A stretch of DNA of 64,000 nucleotides from an uncultured candidate division Zixibacteria bacterium (GTDB lineage Bacteria; Zixibacteria; MSB-5A5; UBA10806; 4484-95). Below the pieces are notes generated by a model that was given only the letters and a program-made list of their open reading frames with translations, had not been told where the DNA came from and made no database searches. The position numbers were made by a program, and so were the translations under genes. Where the stretch lies: NCBI GenBank assembly GCA_963668625.2, contig CAXXKA010000006.1, positions 512,001 to 576,000 on the forward strand. The letters run 5' to 3'. Positions 60,909 to 64,000 of the stretch are shown piece after piece (within the stretch, counting starts at the first letter, position 1; each line of letters opens with the position of its first letter).

Positions 60909-61496
60909 ATGAACAAGATCTTAGTTACAGTTTTAGCTCTCATGTTAGTATTCGCTATCAGCGCCTCGGCCCAGATGCCGACTGACAAAGGCAACATGTA
61001 TATCGGTGGCGGTCTCTCGTTCACTTCATTCAGCGGTGACCTTTATGAAGTTGGTGACGATTCCCCGTCCTCGTTCCAGATTTATCCCGAATTCTATTAT
61101 TTCCTTCAGAACAACCTTGCTGTTGGCGGTACCGTTGGTTATAGCAAATACTCCCTGGGTGATTACTCCGATTCCGAAATGGGTTTCGGTGTTGGCGGCA
61201 AATACTATTTCAACTTGAATTCCGAGCTTACCGAAGCTAAAGGCGCTATCCTGCCTTACGCCGCTGCCAATTTCATGTATGTTTCTATGAAAGAGGATGA
61301 TGGCACTAACGAGATAAAGCATACCGGTTACGATATCAATTTAGCCGGTGGCGCTGTTTACATGCTCTCCAACAGCGTTGGCGCTTATGGCCAGGTCGGT
61401 TACACCATGGAAAGCCGCAGCCCCGAGGAAGGCGATTCCGTTGATGGCGCTCATTTCGGTTTCATGATCGGTGTCACCTACTTCATCATCAAGTAA
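60909..61496 (+). CDS. Small 8-stranded outer membrane beta-barrel (OmpA/porin-like)
   Basis: Signal ending ASA; alternating aromatic strands, ILPYA, terminal IGVTYF. Confidence 0.8.
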   Translation: MNKILVTVLALMLVFAISASAQMPTDKGNMYIGGGLSFTSFSGDLYEVGDDSPSSFQIYPEFYYFLQNNLAVGGTVGYSKYSLGDYSDSEMGFGVGGKYYFNLNSELTEAKGAILPYAAANFMYVSMKEDDGTNEIKHTGYDINLAGGAVYMLSNSVGAYGQVGYTMESRSPEEGDSVDGAHFGFMIGVTYFIIK

Positions 61497-61547
61497 TACC
61501 TGCTTTATTGCATGTAAATAGATGCTCGTAAAAATCGAGCGATTTTT

Positions 61548-61575
61548 AGCCGGAGATCATTCTCCGGCTTTTTTT
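61548..61575 (+). terminator. Intrinsic terminator
   Basis: AGCCGGAGA-TCAT-TCTCCGGCT followed by a T tract. Confidence 0.85.
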
Positions 61576-61733
61576 ATCAACATTTTAATCTATCTTATTA
61601 ATATTTTTGACAATTTCCGGTTGAACGGAAACAATATATTATCATAAATGTATTGATTAATAAGGTCGTATAATCCCGGAGATGTCTCAGCTTGTTTAAT
61701 TCAGGTTGAATCAGGGAGGAAAACTATAGTAAA

Positions 61734-61880
61734 GAGATTGTTGAAAAAATCATTTACACATGTCACTGGGAATCCTTTCCCGGCGGCATTCCGCATGATA
61801 TCAGGTGCCAGGAAAGGATGAACAAAGGGTTCTGTCCACCTGATATCTATCTGTTCAATAAGGGCTTTTTCAACGATCCC
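61734..61880. mobile_element. MITE-like palindromic element (copy B)
   Basis: TIRs GAGATTGTTGAAAAA / TTTTTCAACGATCCC; internal homology to 34247-34392. Confidence 0.7.
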
Positions 61881-61975
61881 TAATAAGGAGGGAACCTAAA
61901 GATACTTAATATTGTATTCATTATTTCAGTAAACTGTCGATTTTAAATAGAAGAATAATTGTTCAAGGAGGAAAG

Positions 61976-62578
61976 ATGAAAAAGTTGTTAATGTTGAGTT
62001 TGGCCGCTATACTCGTGGCCTCGTTTGCCTCGGTTAGTTCCGCCCAGGTCGGTCCTATCGGTATCAAAGCAGGAATGAATATGGCTGATATAACCGGTGA
62101 TGCCGAGAACACGGACATGAAAGCAGGGCTTGTCGTGGGAGCTTTCGCCGAGTTAAATCTGGGCATGGTTAATATTCAACCCGAGCTGCTATACTCCATG
62201 AAAGGGGCTAAAAGTGATGATATCAGCAATGAATATAATTACTTCGAGATCCCTGTTCTGGTAAAGTATAAATTGCCGCTGCCGGGGAAATTAACTCCCA
62301 GTGTTTACGCCGGTCCCGTGTTTTCGCTTCTGTTGAGCGCTGAATCTGACGGAAATGATATCAAAGATCAGTTAAAAAATAATGATATTGGTATCATTAT
62401 CGGTGCCGGAATCAACATGGATATGAGTTCGTATGTGCTTACTTTCGATGCCCGCTACAATATGGGATTATCCGATATCAACAATTTGGATGATGCCTTG
62501 CCAGGCAGCGAAGATGAGTTTAAAAACTCTACGATCATGTTAATGGCCGGTATCGGATTTAACCTTCCCGGTAAGTAG
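61976..62578 (+). CDS. Porin-family/PorT-like outer membrane beta-barrel
   Basis: Signal; GIKAGMN, IQPELLYSMKG, YFEIPVLVKY, YAGP, DARYNMGL. Confidence 0.85.
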   Translation: MKKLLMLSLAAILVASFASVSSAQVGPIGIKAGMNMADITGDAENTDMKAGLVVGAFAELNLGMVNIQPELLYSMKGAKSDDISNEYNYFEIPVLVKYKLPLPGKLTPSVYAGPVFSLLLSAESDGNDIKDQLKNNDIGIIIGAGINMDMSSYVLTFDARYNMGLSDINNLDDALPGSEDEFKNSTIMLMAGIGFNLPGK

Positions 62579-62600
62579 AATTCTATATCTTGAATTTATT

Positions 62601-62628
62601 AAAGCCCGGTTGATTCCGGGCTTTTTTT
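62601..62628 (+). terminator. Intrinsic terminator
   Basis: AAAGCCCGG-TTGATT-CCGGGCTTTTTTT. Confidence 0.85.
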
Positions 62629-62629
62629 A

Positions 62630-62884
62630 TTGATCCTTAAAACAACCGGTTTATCCCGTGTACGTTTGAGGCGAAGCTTTGATAATCTTTTCTTGTTTCC
62701 CATTTCCGATTTAGAACCGGATGTATTCGAGAGACTTAGTTTCGATTTTGATTTGACTATCGATAGAATGTCAAGTCAAAGTTGTTGGGATGCGTTTGAC
62801 TCCATAATCGGAGTTTTGGAGCCAGTGATAGACAACTCAAGTCGGCAAGATAAAAGCCACTGGCCCTGTGGTCGATGGTAGTTG
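62630..62884 (+). mobile_element. Non-autonomous element with IS200/IS605-like palindromic ends (copy 2)
   Basis: Ends TTGATCCTTAAAACAACCGGTTTATCCCGTGTACGTTT and GCAAGATAAAAGCCACTGGCCCTGTGGTCGATGGTAGTT match 34115-34459. Confidence 0.55.
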
Positions 62885-63030
62885 ATAGCAGGTTTTTGTA
62901 TTGCATGCTATCTCATCAAGAAACGCCGATCTTTATCGTCGAAACCGACAAATATGGGTTAATCCAACAACCTGTTATTTTATCACTTTAATCCCTTGAC
63001 ATATTTTCCCGCCTGTCATAGAATTGGCGC

Positions 63031-64000
63031 ATGGTTAGGAGATTTGAAAGCGTTATCCTGTTTCTGGCATTAATGCTATTCGTTCCATCAATTGCCACAG
63101 CCGCTATAAATTTCGAGGTCAGGGACTATCCAAACGATAATGGTTTCGCTCTCGAGATCGAGTGGAATATTCCGAATCTGGCCGCCGGTGTCTCCGGTTT
63201 CAATTACCTCTATGTTATACAGAGATCGGCAAACAGCAATGAGGTATTCCAGGATGTCACCGAGATACTGGAGGACTCCGGAACTGTAATCGATGGCCAG
63301 TTAAGCGATGATATCGATTACTATTACAGGATAAAGATAGAAACCGAAACGGGCGAGACTTACTCGGATACCAAAGGGCCATATAGCCCCGAGAAAAACT
63401 ATTTCCATTACGGCCGGGTAAATGTTCTGATAGCAGTTTTGATTACAGGGATACTTGTCGGCATATTCATCATATACGGTAAGCGCGGCGGCAAGCTATA
63501 TATGCGACCCCTGTCCGGCCTTGAGGCTGTGGATGAGGCGATAGGCAGGGCAACCGAGATGGGCAAGCCTATCCTGTATTCCTCCGGACGCGGCAAGATG
63601 GAGCGTCCTGCTACGATAGCCAGTATGAACATACTGGGGTCGGTGGCCGAGAAAGTCGCCGAATACAACACACCGCTTATTTTCCCGAACAACGACCCGG
63701 TGACTATGGCGGTTGCCCAGGAGGTAACCTACGAGGGTTACACCCGGGCGGGGCATCCGGACAATTTCAATCCCGATAATATCTTTTTCGTTACAGATTC
63801 GCAGTTCGGATATGCGGCCGCCGTAGATGGTATAATCATGCGGCAGGAACCTGCCACCAACCTGTTTTTCGGCACGTTCGAGGCCGAATCGCTGATCCTT
63901 GCGGAAACCGGCAACACTATCGGCGCGATACAGATAGCCGGAACCGACTCTACAATTCAGATGTCGTTTTTCGTAGTTGCCTGCGATTACGTACTTTTGG
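63031..64000 (+). CDS. FN3 + membrane-anchored DUF6754-like protein (3'-truncated by window edge)
   Basis: Open frame from ATG 63031, absent from the ORF track: signal, DYPNDNG..IEW, YYYRI (FN3), TM, then YMRPLSGLEAVDEAIGRATEMGKP..QFGYAAAVDG..AESLILAETG..GAIQIAGT. Confidence 0.75.
   Translation, partial: MVRRFESVILFLALMLFVPSIATAAINFEVRDYPNDNGFALEIEWNIPNLAAGVSGFNYLYVIQRSANSNEVFQDVTEILEDSGTVIDGQLSDDIDYYYRIKIETETGETYSDTKGPYSPEKNYFHYGRVNVLIAVLITGILVGIFIIYGKRGGKLYMRPLSGLEAVDEAIGRATEMGKPILYSSGRGKMERPATIASMNILGSVAEKVAEYNTPLIFPNNDPVTMAVAQEVTYEGYTRAGHPDNFNPDNIFFVTDSQFGYAAAVDGIIMRQEPATNLFFGTFEAESLILAETGNTIGAIQIAGTDSTIQMSFFVVACDYVLL

Overview
This is a bacterial chromosomal window from a Gram-negative organism, most likely an FCB-superphylum lineage (Zixibacteria/Calditrichota-like). 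That placement is inferred from the many T9SS/FlgD-type C-terminal domains, a PorV-like gene, lpxH and SusD-less TonB receptor loci. From left to right it holds: polA (5'-truncated), coaE and an aminotransferase; a TonB receptor + CTD protein + PorV + two lipoprotein locus; a tightly coupled 8-gene peptidoglycan/muropeptide breakdown operon; a GNAT pseudogene next to a low-GC orphan; a sugar ABC transporter; lpxH, murA and an Omp85-peptidase fusion; several secreted CTD proteins; ugd and a PHP-GT4 fusion; a TlpA + Cys-tailed beta-barrel + three Omp28-like gene cluster; an EctR-like MarR operon (GNAT, two racemase-fold enzymes, SSS transporter); a low-GC island; purL; two small OMPs; and a truncated DUF6754-like gene. 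The strongest hidden signal is that the third Omp28-like gene really starts at 48381. It reads through an in-frame TGA that sits exactly at the first Cys of its paralogs' CxxC motif (giving UGGC) and is followed by a SECIS-like hairpin, so it is a probable secreted selenoprotein in a possible trans-envelope redox relay. The second highlight is tandem EctR-type operators in front of an operon without ectABC, suggesting an uncharacterised osmolyte or D-amino-acid pathway. No rRNA, tRNA or CRISPR array was seen. All calls come from motif recognition by eye; no database searches were run.
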